Below, piece after piece: positions 36,584 through 44,658 of a DNA stretch of 46,428 nucleotides. The notes beneath the pieces were generated by a model. The model saw only the letters and a list, made by a program, of their open reading frames with translations, searched no databases and was not told where the DNA came from. The DNA is taken from positions 1-46,428 of the forward strand of contig CANQAQ010000002.1 in the NCBI GenBank assembly GCA_947589275.1, written 5' to 3'. This stretch comes from an uncultured Bacilli bacterium (GTDB lineage: Bacteria > Bacillota_I > Bacilli_A > RF39 > UBA660). The translations under genes were made by a program, and so were the position numbers. The stretch's first letter is position 1, and the number at the start of each line of letters is the position of its first letter.

Positions 36584-36607
36584 AAAAAAGTCCAGAATTA
36601 TCTAGAC
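36584..36607 (-). terminator. Candidate terminator after xhlA
   Basis: GTCTAG-ATAATT-CTGGAC hairpin with one mismatch, followed on the minus strand by TTTTTTG. Confidence 0.35.
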
Positions 36608-36620
36608 CTTTTTATATATA

Positions 36621-36866
36621 TTAACTAATTCCAAGTCCTAATTTTACAAATAATGTTAATAGTCCAATAAGTCCTGTTATTAATGATCCTAATGCAGTTC
36701 TCCATAGCCATTTATTTCTATCTTCTATTCTATTTATTTTTTCTTCGTTATTTTTTGCTATACTATATGCTTCCTCAGATCTTTTTTTTAAATTTTTATA
36801 ATCATCTATTTTACTTTCTATTACTGCAAGTCTAGTTAATACTTCTACTTCAAATTTTTCATTCAT
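36621..36866 (-). CDS. xhlA: Haemolysin XhlA family protein
   Basis: 81 aa with LTRLAVIESKIDD...EEKINRIEDRNKWLWRTALGSLITGLIGLL. This coiled coil, the EDxxKWxWR motif and the C-terminal TM segment are typical of phage-type XhlA. Confidence 0.75.
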   Translation of the reverse strand: MNEKFEVEVLTRLAVIESKIDDYKNLKKRSEEAYSIAKNNEEKINRIEDRNKWLWRTALGSLITGLIGLLTLFVKLGLGIS

Positions 36867-37101
36867 AAACTTAAACCACCTTTAATATATATTTCTAATA
36901 TATTAAATGTAAATTTATGTATTATGAATTTACTATAACATAGAAATATTAAATTATTTAAAATTTTTATATTTTTTATACTTATATTTTACAAAATTAA
37001 AAAATATATACGCAATTTTTTATTATATTTTGTACCATTTATTTCAAGTATAGAGTTTTTTTAAATTATACAAATTATTAATGAAAGGAGGAAAAAATTT
37101 T

Positions 37102-37857
37102 ATGAAAAGATTACTAATATTTTTTATTTCAATTGCTTTAATACCTATTATTAAAGTTAATGCACAAACGCAAGTTAATGTAACAAATCAACAACAATTA
37201 AAAGATGCATTAAATAACAAGGAAGTTACTGATATAAAATTAAGTAATGATATAGAAACAACTGAAAAAATTAATATTACAAGAAGTGTTAATATTGATG
37301 GTAATAATCATACTATAAAATATGTTGGTACTTTTGGAAAAGAAAACAGTAATGATAATACTATATGGAGTGGTATATATATACTTCAAGTATATAAAAC
37401 AAGTGCTACTATAAAAGATATAAAATTAACTGGTGGTAATGCAGCATTATTAGTAAATGGATCAGATGTTAAATTAGAAGGAACAATTGATGTATCTGGT
37501 AATGGTTTTGGTGGTATAGAGCTAGGACAAGGTAAAGATGTTACAACTACTGTTAAAATTAGTTTATCTGATAATACTAATATTGTAAATACAACTGAAA
37601 GTAATAATAGACCTACTATGTGGGTTCCTGATGATTCAGATGATGCTATAATACAAATGAATGGTATAACTAAAATAATAAAAAAAGGAGAAGAATTAAC
37701 ATTAGCTGAAATTGAAGAATTATTTGAAGATGTTCCACAGGAAAACCCAAAGACATCAGATAATATAATATTAAATATAATATTATCAATTATAGGATTA
37801 ATTAATTTTATAATTGTTTATATAAATTTTTCAAAAAAAGATATTAGGGAACTCTAA
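37102..37857 (+). CDS. Secreted right-handed beta-helix-like surface protein with a C-terminal NPKTS sorting signal
   Basis: Signal peptide ending VNA|QTQ. The N-terminal pattern VTNQQQLKDALNN..VTDIKLSNDI and repeated G-rich turns suggest a beta-helix. The C-terminus is ENPKTSD, then a 22-residue hydrophobic stretch, then SKKDIREL. The ATG at 37102 follows AAAGGAGG. Confidence 0.75.
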   Translation: MKRLLIFFISIALIPIIKVNAQTQVNVTNQQQLKDALNNKEVTDIKLSNDIETTEKINITRSVNIDGNNHTIKYVGTFGKENSNDNTIWSGIYILQVYKTSATIKDIKLTGGNAALLVNGSDVKLEGTIDVSGNGFGGIELGQGKDVTTTVKISLSDNTNIVNTTESNNRPTMWVPDDSDDAIIQMNGITKIIKKGEELTLAEIEELFEDVPQENPKTSDNIILNIILSIIGLINFIIVYINFSKKDIREL

Positions 37858-38660
37858 TTACGAGTTTCCTTTTTAATTAATTTTGCATGCACTACTAATC
37901 TATTACCATATGAATCTCTACAGGTTGATAAAGTTAGTATCTTGTCATTTGTATTTACGTTAGTAAAAAAATAATATTGACTACGTTTAATAATAGTATC
38001 GATAAATTCTTGATAAGCATCTAAACTTTTAAAATTTGTAGTAATATAGTAACTTTCTTTATATACTACATAAATACTAAATATTTGCCAAATAGTATTT
38101 TCATTAATAGTAGATAATTTTATAATATGATTTTTCTTATTTTTATACCATTCATCGTTTAATACATATGGTAAACTGCCAAACATACTTTCATCTTTCA
38201 TTCTATGACCATAAATTACACTGTTATAATTCAAATTATTAAAATTATTTCTAAAATCTGAAAAAACCCATCCAGCAACATTTTGGGATTTATCAAATGA
38301 ATGTGTAAGATAAAAACTGTTATCATTAGTTTGTACAATAGGATAATCTATTTTTGTTCCGTTTACTCTTATCCAACCAACTGTATCATTATTTTGATCT
38401 AGTAAACTATTAAAATCAACTTCAATAAATTCTTCATCAGCATATAACCAATAATCATCATTAATATCATTTGGTGGATTAACTAAGTTACTTGAAATAG
38501 AATTTGTAGCTTTTATTTGTGTTGACTTATTTATTTGTTTATTTATAATTTTTGACTTACTACTATTATTAATCCATACTATTACTGATTTTATATTTAT
38601 AAAAAATATTATAAATGATAAAAATAGTAATATAAAATATATAATTTTTTTTCTATTCAT
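37854..38660 (-). CDS. srtB: Class B sortase
   Basis: N-terminal TM segment, DYPIVQTNDNSFYL, VIYGHRMKDESMFGSL, TLSTC catalytic Cys and RLVVHAKL Arg motif. Confidence 0.85.
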   Translation of the reverse strand: MNRKKIIYFILLFLSFIIFFINIKSVIVWINNSSKSKIINKQINKSTQIKATNSISSNLVNPPNDINDDYWLYADEEFIEVDFNSLLDQNNDTVGWIRVNGTKIDYPIVQTNDNSFYLTHSFDKSQNVAGWVFSDFRNNFNNLNYNSVIYGHRMKDESMFGSLPYVLNDEWYKNKKNHIIKLSTINENTIWQIFSIYVVYKESYYITTNFKSLDAYQEFIDTIIKRSQYYFFTNVNTNDKILTLSTCRDSYGNRLVVHAKLIKKETRN

Positions 38661-38723
38661 ATTAAACTCCTATATTTATATTCATTATTATTATGATAAA
38701 TATATAATTTTTTATGTTTTAAT

Positions 38724-38760
38724 AAAAAAAGATTATAATCTTTTTTATAAGATTATAATC
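38724..38760 (-). terminator. Candidate terminator after the collagen-like gene pair
   Basis: Two copies of the self-complementary decamer GATTATAATC (38731..38740 and 38751..38760) can pair. A T-run follows on the minus strand. Confidence 0.45.
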
Positions 38761-38775
38761 AAAAGTTAGTATTTA

Positions 38776-39396
38776 TTATTCAGACTCGTCAATTTTTTTA
38801 ACTGATAAACTAGCATTCATACCTGTTACAAATTTAATTGTAACATTTTCTTGATTAGCAGAAATAGCCATATCTATTTTATCATCAGCTTGTAAAGTTT
38901 CTAACACACTTCCTTGATAAATTGTATCTTTTTGCGCTGGGATATTTTTTGTAATAACTGTAGATGGAATATTAATTTCATTTTTTCTAACAATTAATGT
39001 TACTGCGCAATCTTTATCTACTGATATATTAACAAAAAAATTTATTTCATAAATGCCATCTTGTTCAAGTTTAATATAACTTTCTTCTGTTTCATTTGCA
39101 TTAACATTTGGCATTAAATTTGGTAAATTTATTTGTGTCCAATTTCCTATATCAATAGATGTAATATCCATTATAGTATTATTATATTTGCCACCATATG
39201 CCGCTAATGAAAATGATGATGGACCTCTAGGTCCTACATCTCCCTTTTCCCCTTGTTCTCCTTTTGGTCCCATTGGACCAATATCACCTTTTTCTCCTTG
39301 TTCTCCTTTTGGTCCTATTGGGCCAGGTATTCCTTGTTCCCCTTGTTCTCCTTTTGGAATAAGAAAGTCTAGTTGATATCCTATAACTTCATCCAT
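38776..39396 (-). CDS. Collagen-like protein with a BclA-type C-terminal globular domain (C-terminal half of a split gene?)
   Basis: About 14 uninterrupted GXY triplets ([23 protein letters not shown]...). The C-terminal 140 aa are collinear with the paralogue at 45594..46229 (LAAYGGKY / [22 protein letters not shown] / [22 protein letters not shown] / ATLSVKLL). Confidence 0.75.
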   Translation of the reverse strand: MDEVIGYQLDFLIPKGEQGEQGIPGPIGPKGEQGEKGDIGPMGPKGEQGEKGDVGPRGPSSFSLAAYGGKYNNTIMDITSIDIGNWTQINLPNLMPNVNANETEESYIKLEQDGIYEINFFVNISVDKDCAVTLIVRKNEINIPSTVITKNIPAQKDTIYQGSVLETLQADDKIDMAISANQENVTIKFVTGMNASLSVKKIDESE

Positions 39397-39743
39397 TAAT
39401 TTTCATCTCCCTTACTTTTATATATTGGTGTAATAGTTACTTGTGCAGGTGTTTGTGAATCTACTGTTTTAACTGAACCAATTATAAAATTTGCAACTGG
39501 ACCTGTTGCACCTCTTGGTATAACAAAATTTAATAAAACATCATTATCAGTTCCACTATTATATACATCTGCTTCTCCATCAGGACCTATAGTTTTAGTA
39601 CTTACAACTGAAATTTTTGAACTTGCTAATCCCTCTGGTCCAGTTGGTCCTATTTGTCCCATAGGTCCAGTTGGACCTGTTGGTCCCATGACATAACATG
39701 TTTTATATAATTTAATTTCTTCATCATTATATTTACAATCCAT
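39396..39743 (-). CDS. Short collagen-like protein (N-terminal half of a split BclA-like gene?)
   Basis: Cys-containing N-terminus, six GXY triplets ([19 protein letters not shown]), and a ...[13 protein letters not shown] module. Its stop overlaps the downstream start as TAATG. Confidence 0.65.
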   Translation of the reverse strand: MDCKYNDEEIKLYKTCYVMGPTGPTGPMGQIGPTGPEGLASSKISVVSTKTIGPDGEADVYNSGTDNDVLLNFVIPRGATGPVANFIIGSVKTVDSQTPAQVTITPIYKSKGDEN

Positions 39744-39807
39744 TCATAACATCCTTCCCTTTTTAAATTATATTTTTATTTATATTAAATATTCTTTATT
39801 ACTAAAA

Positions 39808-39833
39808 CAAAAAATAGGTAATTACCTACCTAT
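39808..39833 (-). terminator. Candidate terminator after ttcA
   Basis: On the minus strand, an ATAGGTA-GGTAAT-TACCTAT hairpin is followed by TTTTTTG. Confidence 0.5.
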
Positions 39834-39834
39834 A

Positions 39835-40677
39835 TTAATTTTTAATATTTTCATTATCATAATTATCTAAAAAACTTTCATACTTACCATCTTTTTTAGT
39901 ACCCAACACACAATTTAAATTAATATTGTCTAAAGATTTAAAAATATTATAATCTATATCTTTATTTATTGTTTTTAATTTTTTTATAAAATCCTTTATT
40001 TCTTTTCTTTTACTAGTTCCATCATTTATTAATGAACAACCTTCAGTAAATCTACAGGCACAGTTAATAAATGTTAATTCATTAAAATTTTTCCATGAAA
40101 TAATAGATTCTTCTTTTACTAAATATAAGGGCCTAATTAATTCTATCCCTTTAAAATTATCACTATGTAGTTTTGGCATCATAGTCTTGATTTCTGAACC
40201 ATAAAACATAGATAATAGTGTAGTTTCTATAACATCATCAAAATGATGCCCAAGAGCAATTTTATTACAACCTAATTCTTTTGCTTTACTATATAAATAT
40301 CCTCTTCTCATTCTTGCACATAAATAGCATGGACTTTTAGAATCAATATTTGAAACTACATCAAATATATCACTTTTAAATATTTCAATTGGTACATTTA
40401 ATATTTTTGAATTATCTAATATAAATTGTAAATTATAATCATTATATCCAGGATCCATAACTACATAATATGCATCAAAATTAAATTTTCCATGTTTTTT
40501 TAACTCTTGTATACACTTAGCAAGTAAAAATGAATCTTTACCACCGCTAATGCATACCATTATTTTATCATTTTCATTAATTAATTTATATTCTTGAACT
40601 GCTTTAACAAATTTACTCCAAATATCTTTTCTATATTTTTTTATAATACTTCTTTCAATTTCTTTATATTTTTCCAT
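39835..40677 (-). CDS. ttcA: PP-loop ATPase, TtcA-like tRNA 2-thiocytidine synthetase family
   Basis: CISGGKDS PP-loop, SPCYLCARMRRGYL and CACRF cysteine motifs. Overlaps the upstream desulfurase gene by 14 nt. Confidence 0.75.
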   Translation of the reverse strand: MEKYKEIERSIIKKYRKDIWSKFVKAVQEYKLINENDKIMVCISGGKDSFLLAKCIQELKKHGKFNFDAYYVVMDPGYNDYNLQFILDNSKILNVPIEIFKSDIFDVVSNIDSKSPCYLCARMRRGYLYSKAKELGCNKIALGHHFDDVIETTLLSMFYGSEIKTMMPKLHSDNFKGIELIRPLYLVKEESIISWKNFNELTFINCACRFTEGCSLINDGTSKRKEIKDFIKKLKTINKDIDYNIFKSLDNINLNCVLGTKKDGKYESFLDNYDNENIKN

Positions 40678-41797
40678 TTTCCTTTAACTCCTTATAACAC
40701 TCATCAAAAGCATTTAAAAATTCATCTATTTCACTATTTGTAACTAAATGTGATAAACTAACTCTTATTGACGTAGTTGCTAAAGATTTATCTTTTGTTA
40801 ATGCATATACGAGTTTAGATGGTGTTTCAAGTGGACAACATGAAGTTTTAGTTGAAACATATATTTCTCTTTTTTCAAGCATATTTGCAATTTCTAAAGA
40901 TTTTACACCCTTAATACTAAAATTAATTGTATATGGAATTGATTTATTAGTATTATTAATATGAACTTTATCATATTTAGATAATGCATTAATAAGTATT
41001 TTATTCAAACTTAAAACATAATTATATCTTTTTTCCTGATTTTTAAGAGCTATATCAAGTGCCATATCAATAGACATAATATTAGCTAAAACAGGAGTAC
41101 CACTTCTATATATAGTAGTTGATTTACCACCGTTAATAATTGGTTTTAAACTAACATGTTTCTTCTTTATAAGAATTCCAGTACCATTTAATCCATAAAA
41201 TTTATGTGGCGCTATAGTAATTAAATCTACATTACTAAAATCTATATTTACTTTTCCTATTGATTGAGATGCATCTGTATGAAAATAAGTATTAGGATAA
41301 TCTTTTAAAATATTTGCAATTTCTTCAATTGGTTGAACTAAACCTAATTCACTATCAACAGAGCAAATACTAACTAAGATAGTATCATTTCTAATCATTC
41401 TTTTCAATTCATTTATATCAACTATTCCATCTTTTGTTATTGAAAGTAAATCAACATCAAAACCTAATTCTTGCATTGCCGTTGCAGCAGCTATTATAGA
41501 ATTGTGTTCTAAACTACTTAATATAATATGTTTCCCATAATTCTTATATCGCTCACAAATACCTTTTATTACTAGATTATTTGATTCAGTAGCTCCACTT
41601 GTATAAATTATCTCTTCACTTAAAATATTTAAATTTTTAGCAATATTTTCTGTACAATCATCTATTAATTTCTTTGCTTGTTTACCAAGTTTATGAAATG
41701 AATTTGGATTTGCATAATATTTTAATGTTGTTTCATAATATAAATCTAATACTTTTTTGTCTACAGGAGTATTAGCTGCATAATCTAAGTATACCAT
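40664..41797 (-). CDS. Cysteine desulfurase (NifS/IscS class V aminotransferase)
   Basis: VYLDYAANTP N-terminus, PLP-lysine region APHKFYGLNG, and C-terminal Cys loop STKTSCC. Confidence 0.85.
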   Translation of the reverse strand: MVYLDYAANTPVDKKVLDLYYETTLKYYANPNSFHKLGKQAKKLIDDCTENIAKNLNILSEEIIYTSGATESNNLVIKGICERYKNYGKHIILSSLEHNSIIAAATAMQELGFDVDLLSITKDGIVDINELKRMIRNDTILVSICSVDSELGLVQPIEEIANILKDYPNTYFHTDASQSIGKVNIDFSNVDLITIAPHKFYGLNGTGILIKKKHVSLKPIINGGKSTTIYRSGTPVLANIMSIDMALDIALKNQEKRYNYVLSLNKILINALSKYDKVHINNTNKSIPYTINFSIKGVKSLEIANMLEKREIYVSTKTSCCPLETPSKLVYALTKDKSLATTSIRVSLSHLVTNSEIDEFLNAFDECYKELKENGKI

Positions 41798-41809
41798 AAT
41801 ATTTCTCCT

Positions 41810-42031
41810 TTAATTTTCTATTACTTTATAGTCTAATTTCTCAATAGATTGCTTTATTATACTATCATCTATATCTTTATTTGATGTAATAATTACTTCT
41901 TTTTTATTTAAATTTATCTTTACCTTTAAAACTCCTGGTATTAATAATAATGCTTCCTCTACTTTTTTAGCACAATGATCACATTTCATACCTTCTACTT
42001 TTATTATTTTTCTTTCTTTTTTATTAAACAT
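41810..42031 (-). other. Candidate internal in-frame translation start giving a free 73-aa CopZ-like chaperone
   Basis: Inside copA the minus strand reads GATGGAGGAATAATATG. That is a perfect GGAGG, a 6-nt spacer and an ATG (MFNKKERKIIKVEGMKCDHC...), placed exactly at the boundary between the ATPase core and the C-terminal HMA domain. Confidence 0.4.
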
Positions 42032-44236
42032 ATTATTCCTCCATCTTTTTAATCTTAAAGCATTAAATACAACTGTTAAACTACTAAAAGTCATTGCAAA
42101 ACCTGATATCATCGGATTAATATAAATACCATAAGGTTTAAATAAACCTATAGCTATTGGTATCATACAAATATTATAAAAAAATGCCCAAAATAGATTT
42201 TGTTTTATAATTTTAATAGTCTTTTTACTAATTGAAATTAAATCTAAAATTTTTTCTAAATCGTCATGCATTAATATTACATCTGATGAATCAGTAGCTA
42301 TATTAGATGCACTATTAATACTTACACCTATATTTGCAGTTACAAGTGATGGTGCGTCATTTATTCCATCTCCTACCATCATAACATTTTTACCATTTTG
42401 TATCAAATTTCTTATAACTTCTGTTTTTTCTTTTGGTAATACACTAGCAATTACATTTCTTATTCCAATAGATTCTGAAACTATATCTGCAGTTTTTTTA
42501 TTATCACCTGTCAACATAATAATTTCTTTATTCAAATTTGTTAATTCATTTACAATATTTTTTGCATTATCTCTAACTATATCTTTTACTCCAATAAGCC
42601 CAATTACCTTTTTATTTTCTATTATATAAACTATACTATTTCCATCATTTAATAAAATTTGTTCATCATCTAAATGTTCATTTTTTAATCTTAATAAATC
42701 AAATATCTTACTACTACCTACGTATAAATTTTTTTTATTAACTACTCCTGTTAAACCAATACCATCAATATTGCTAAATTTTTCTACATTTGTAGTTTTT
42801 AAGTTATTTTCTTTTACATAATTTATAAATGCTTTAGATATAGGATGTCCTACTTTTATTTCTAAACTTGATACTAACTCAATTAGTTTATTATTACTGT
42901 AAGTACTATAATTAAATATTCTAGATATTTTTAAATTCCCAAATGTTAATGTACCAGTTTTATCAAATACAATAGTATCTACTTTATATGCATTTTCTAA
43001 AATTTCACTTGATTTTACTAAAATACCATTTTTTGCACATAGACCTTCACCAATAACAATAGCAAGGGGTGTAGCAAGTCCTAAAGCGCAAGGACACGCT
43101 ACTAATAAAACTGTAATAAACGATATAAGTGCTTCGCTAAGTTCATACCCAAATAATAAATAAAATATAAATGTTATAATTGCAATAATTATAATGCTTG
43201 GTACAAAATAACTACTTATTTTATCAGCTAATCTAGAAATTGGTGCTTTAGTATTTGTAGCCTCTAATACTAACCTTACTATCTCCGATATTGTTGAATC
43301 CTTACCTATTTTATAAGCCTTATACTCAATATAATTATCGATATTTATGCTCCCAGCAATTACTTTATCACCTTTATATTTTTTAGATGGAATAGATTCT
43401 CCTGTAAGAAATGCCTCATCTAAATGAGTTTCACCTTTTGTAATTACACCATCTACAGCTATTTTAAAACCAGGTTTTGCAATTAATATGTCATTCTTTT
43501 TTACTTCATCAATACTTATTTCCTTTTCACCATCTTGTGTTTTAATAATTGCTTTATTTGGAGTAATCTGGACTAACTCTTTAATTGCTTCCTTTGTTTT
43601 TTCTTTACTTTTAAAATCTATATATCTTCCAAATTTAACAAAAAATATAATAATAGATGAACTTTCAAAATATAAATTTTCTACATATTGATTATAACCA
43701 AATAATACCATAATCATATTAAATAAACTATAAATAAAACTAGAAAATACTCCAATAGTTACTAATGTATCCATATTTGGTGATTTATGTACTAAATTTT
43801 TAATACCACTTTTAAATATATCAAATCCATATATAAGAAAAAGTATAGTTATAGTAAACAAAGAAATTGAATAATAAGTAGGATATTTTATCATATCAAG
43901 ATAGTAAATAGAAGGTAGTTTTAACATGCTGGACATCGATATATATAATATTACTATAGAAAGTATTCCAAATATAAATAATTTTATTTTTTCATTATTT
44001 TTATTTACATTATCATTATTTTCATCATAAATTCCTAAACTCTCATAACCTGCTTCTTTTACAAAAAGTTCTAAATCAGAAAGTGTTAAATTATCATCAT
44101 ATTCTATAAGAGCACTTGATAAAACAAGATTAACACTTGCATTTATAATACCATTTTGCTTATTCAAATATTTTTCTAAACTAGATGAACAAGCACTACA
44201 ACTCATTCCTCCAATTTTTAATATTATTTTTTTCAT
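41810..44236 (-). CDS. copA: Copper-translocating P1B-type ATPase with N-terminal and C-terminal HMA domains
   Basis: GMSCSACSSS (N-terminal HMA), TGES, CPC (ACPCALGLATP), DKTGTLT and GDGINDAP. An extra C-terminal GMKCDHCAKKVEEAL HMA domain follows the last TM segment. Confidence 0.92.
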   Translation of the reverse strand: MKKIILKIGGMSCSACSSSLEKYLNKQNGIINASVNLVLSSALIEYDDNLTLSDLELFVKEAGYESLGIYDENNDNVNKNNEKIKLFIFGILSIVILYISMSSMLKLPSIYYLDMIKYPTYYSISLFTITILFLIYGFDIFKSGIKNLVHKSPNMDTLVTIGVFSSFIYSLFNMIMVLFGYNQYVENLYFESSSIIIFFVKFGRYIDFKSKEKTKEAIKELVQITPNKAIIKTQDGEKEISIDEVKKNDILIAKPGFKIAVDGVITKGETHLDEAFLTGESIPSKKYKGDKVIAGSINIDNYIEYKAYKIGKDSTISEIVRLVLEATNTKAPISRLADKISSYFVPSIIIIAIITFIFYLLFGYELSEALISFITVLLVACPCALGLATPLAIVIGEGLCAKNGILVKSSEILENAYKVDTIVFDKTGTLTFGNLKISRIFNYSTYSNNKLIELVSSLEIKVGHPISKAFINYVKENNLKTTNVEKFSNIDGIGLTGVVNKKNLYVGSSKIFDLLRLKNEHLDDEQILLNDGNSIVYIIENKKVIGLIGVKDIVRDNAKNIVNELTNLNKEIIMLTGDNKKTADIVSESIGIRNVIASVLPKEKTEVIRNLIQNGKNVMMVGDGINDAPSLVTANIGVSINSASNIATDSSDVILMHDDLEKILDLISISKKTIKIIKQNLFWAFFYNICMIPIAIGLFKPYGIYINPMISGFAMTFSSLTVVFNALRLKRWRNNMFNKKERKIIKVEGMKCDHCAKKVEEALLLIPGVLKVKINLNKKEVIITSNKDIDDSIIKQSIEKLDYKVIEN

Positions 44237-44532
44237 TAATTTAATCTCCTAATCAAATTCATTACATCATCTATAATATCAAGATTATTATCTTTTATAT
44301 TTTCTACTACACAAGTTTCTAAATGATTTTTTAATATCTGATTCCCCAAACTTTTTAATGATTTATTAATAGCAGAAATTTGAATTAATATATCATCACA
44401 ATATCTATCATCATCAATCATTTTACTTATTCCTCTAACTTGACCTTCAACTATTTTTAATCGGTTTATTAATATTTTTTTCTCATTTTTTGTTCTATAT
44501 TTAAATTTTTTAGACTTAATATTATCTTTCAT
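44236..44532 (-). CDS. csoR: CsoR-family copper-sensing transcriptional repressor
   Basis: RLKIVEGQVRGISKMI, RYCDD and NHLETC give the C...H-x3-C copper ligand pattern. The ATG at 44532 follows GGTGA. The ORF-track N-extension runs through the promoter and operator. The stop overlaps the copA start as TAATG. Confidence 0.88.
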   Translation of the reverse strand: MKDNIKSKKFKYRTKNEKKILINRLKIVEGQVRGISKMIDDDRYCDDILIQISAINKSLKSLGNQILKNHLETCVVENIKDNNLDIIDDVMNLIRRLN

Positions 44533-44550
44533 AATTTTATCACCACAACA

Positions 44551-44580
44551 ATTATAATACCCCGTAGGGGTATTAGTCAA
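44551..44580 (-). promoter_or_regulatory. SigmaA-type promoter of the csoR-copA operon
   Basis: The minus strand reads TTGACT-18 nt-TATAAT, about 18 nt upstream of the csoR ATG. Confidence 0.8.
44555..44575. promoter_or_regulatory. CsoR operator (GC-rich inverted repeat)
   Basis: TAATACCCC-GTA-GGGGTATTA is a perfect 9+9 inverted repeat filling the -35/-10 spacer. It resembles the TACCC...GGGTA operators described for CsoR regulators. Confidence 0.75.
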
Positions 44581-44620
44581 TAAAAATATAACTTTAACTA
44601 TACTTTATTAATATTTATAT

Positions 44621-44653
44621 ATTTAAAATAAAAAGTAGGTAATCTTCCTACTT
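44621..44653 (-). terminator. Intrinsic terminator after the 170-aa gene
   Basis: On the minus strand, an AAGTAGG-AAGATTA-CCTACTT hairpin is followed by TTTTATTTTAAAT. Confidence 0.55.
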
Positions 44654-44658
44654 ATAAA

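Noticed and set aside
36564-36620. Promoter for the tRNA pair (TAGATA-17 nt-TATAAT on the minus strand)
   Set aside because: The -10 is perfect, but the -35 is poor and lies inside the putative xhlA terminator hairpin. This is too uncertain to list as a feature.
36621-36866. XhlA as a sign of a prophage
   Set aside because: No holin, endolysin, integrase, terminase or structural genes lie on either side. At most it is a remnant. It is kept as a finding only as part of the tRNA-flanked islet.
39188-39376. 62-aa + strand P/S/G-rich ORF
   Set aside because: Exact antisense of the GXY collagen repeats. Complementary reading of GGN-CCN-NNN triplets automatically stays open.
43488-43691. 67-aa + strand ORF
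   Set aside because: Antisense to the copA actuator-domain region.
44533-44580. 16-codon N-terminal extension of csoR given by the ORF track
   Set aside because: It would contain the TTGACT/TATAAT promoter and the operator palindrome. An SD (GGTGA) precedes the internal ATG at 44532.
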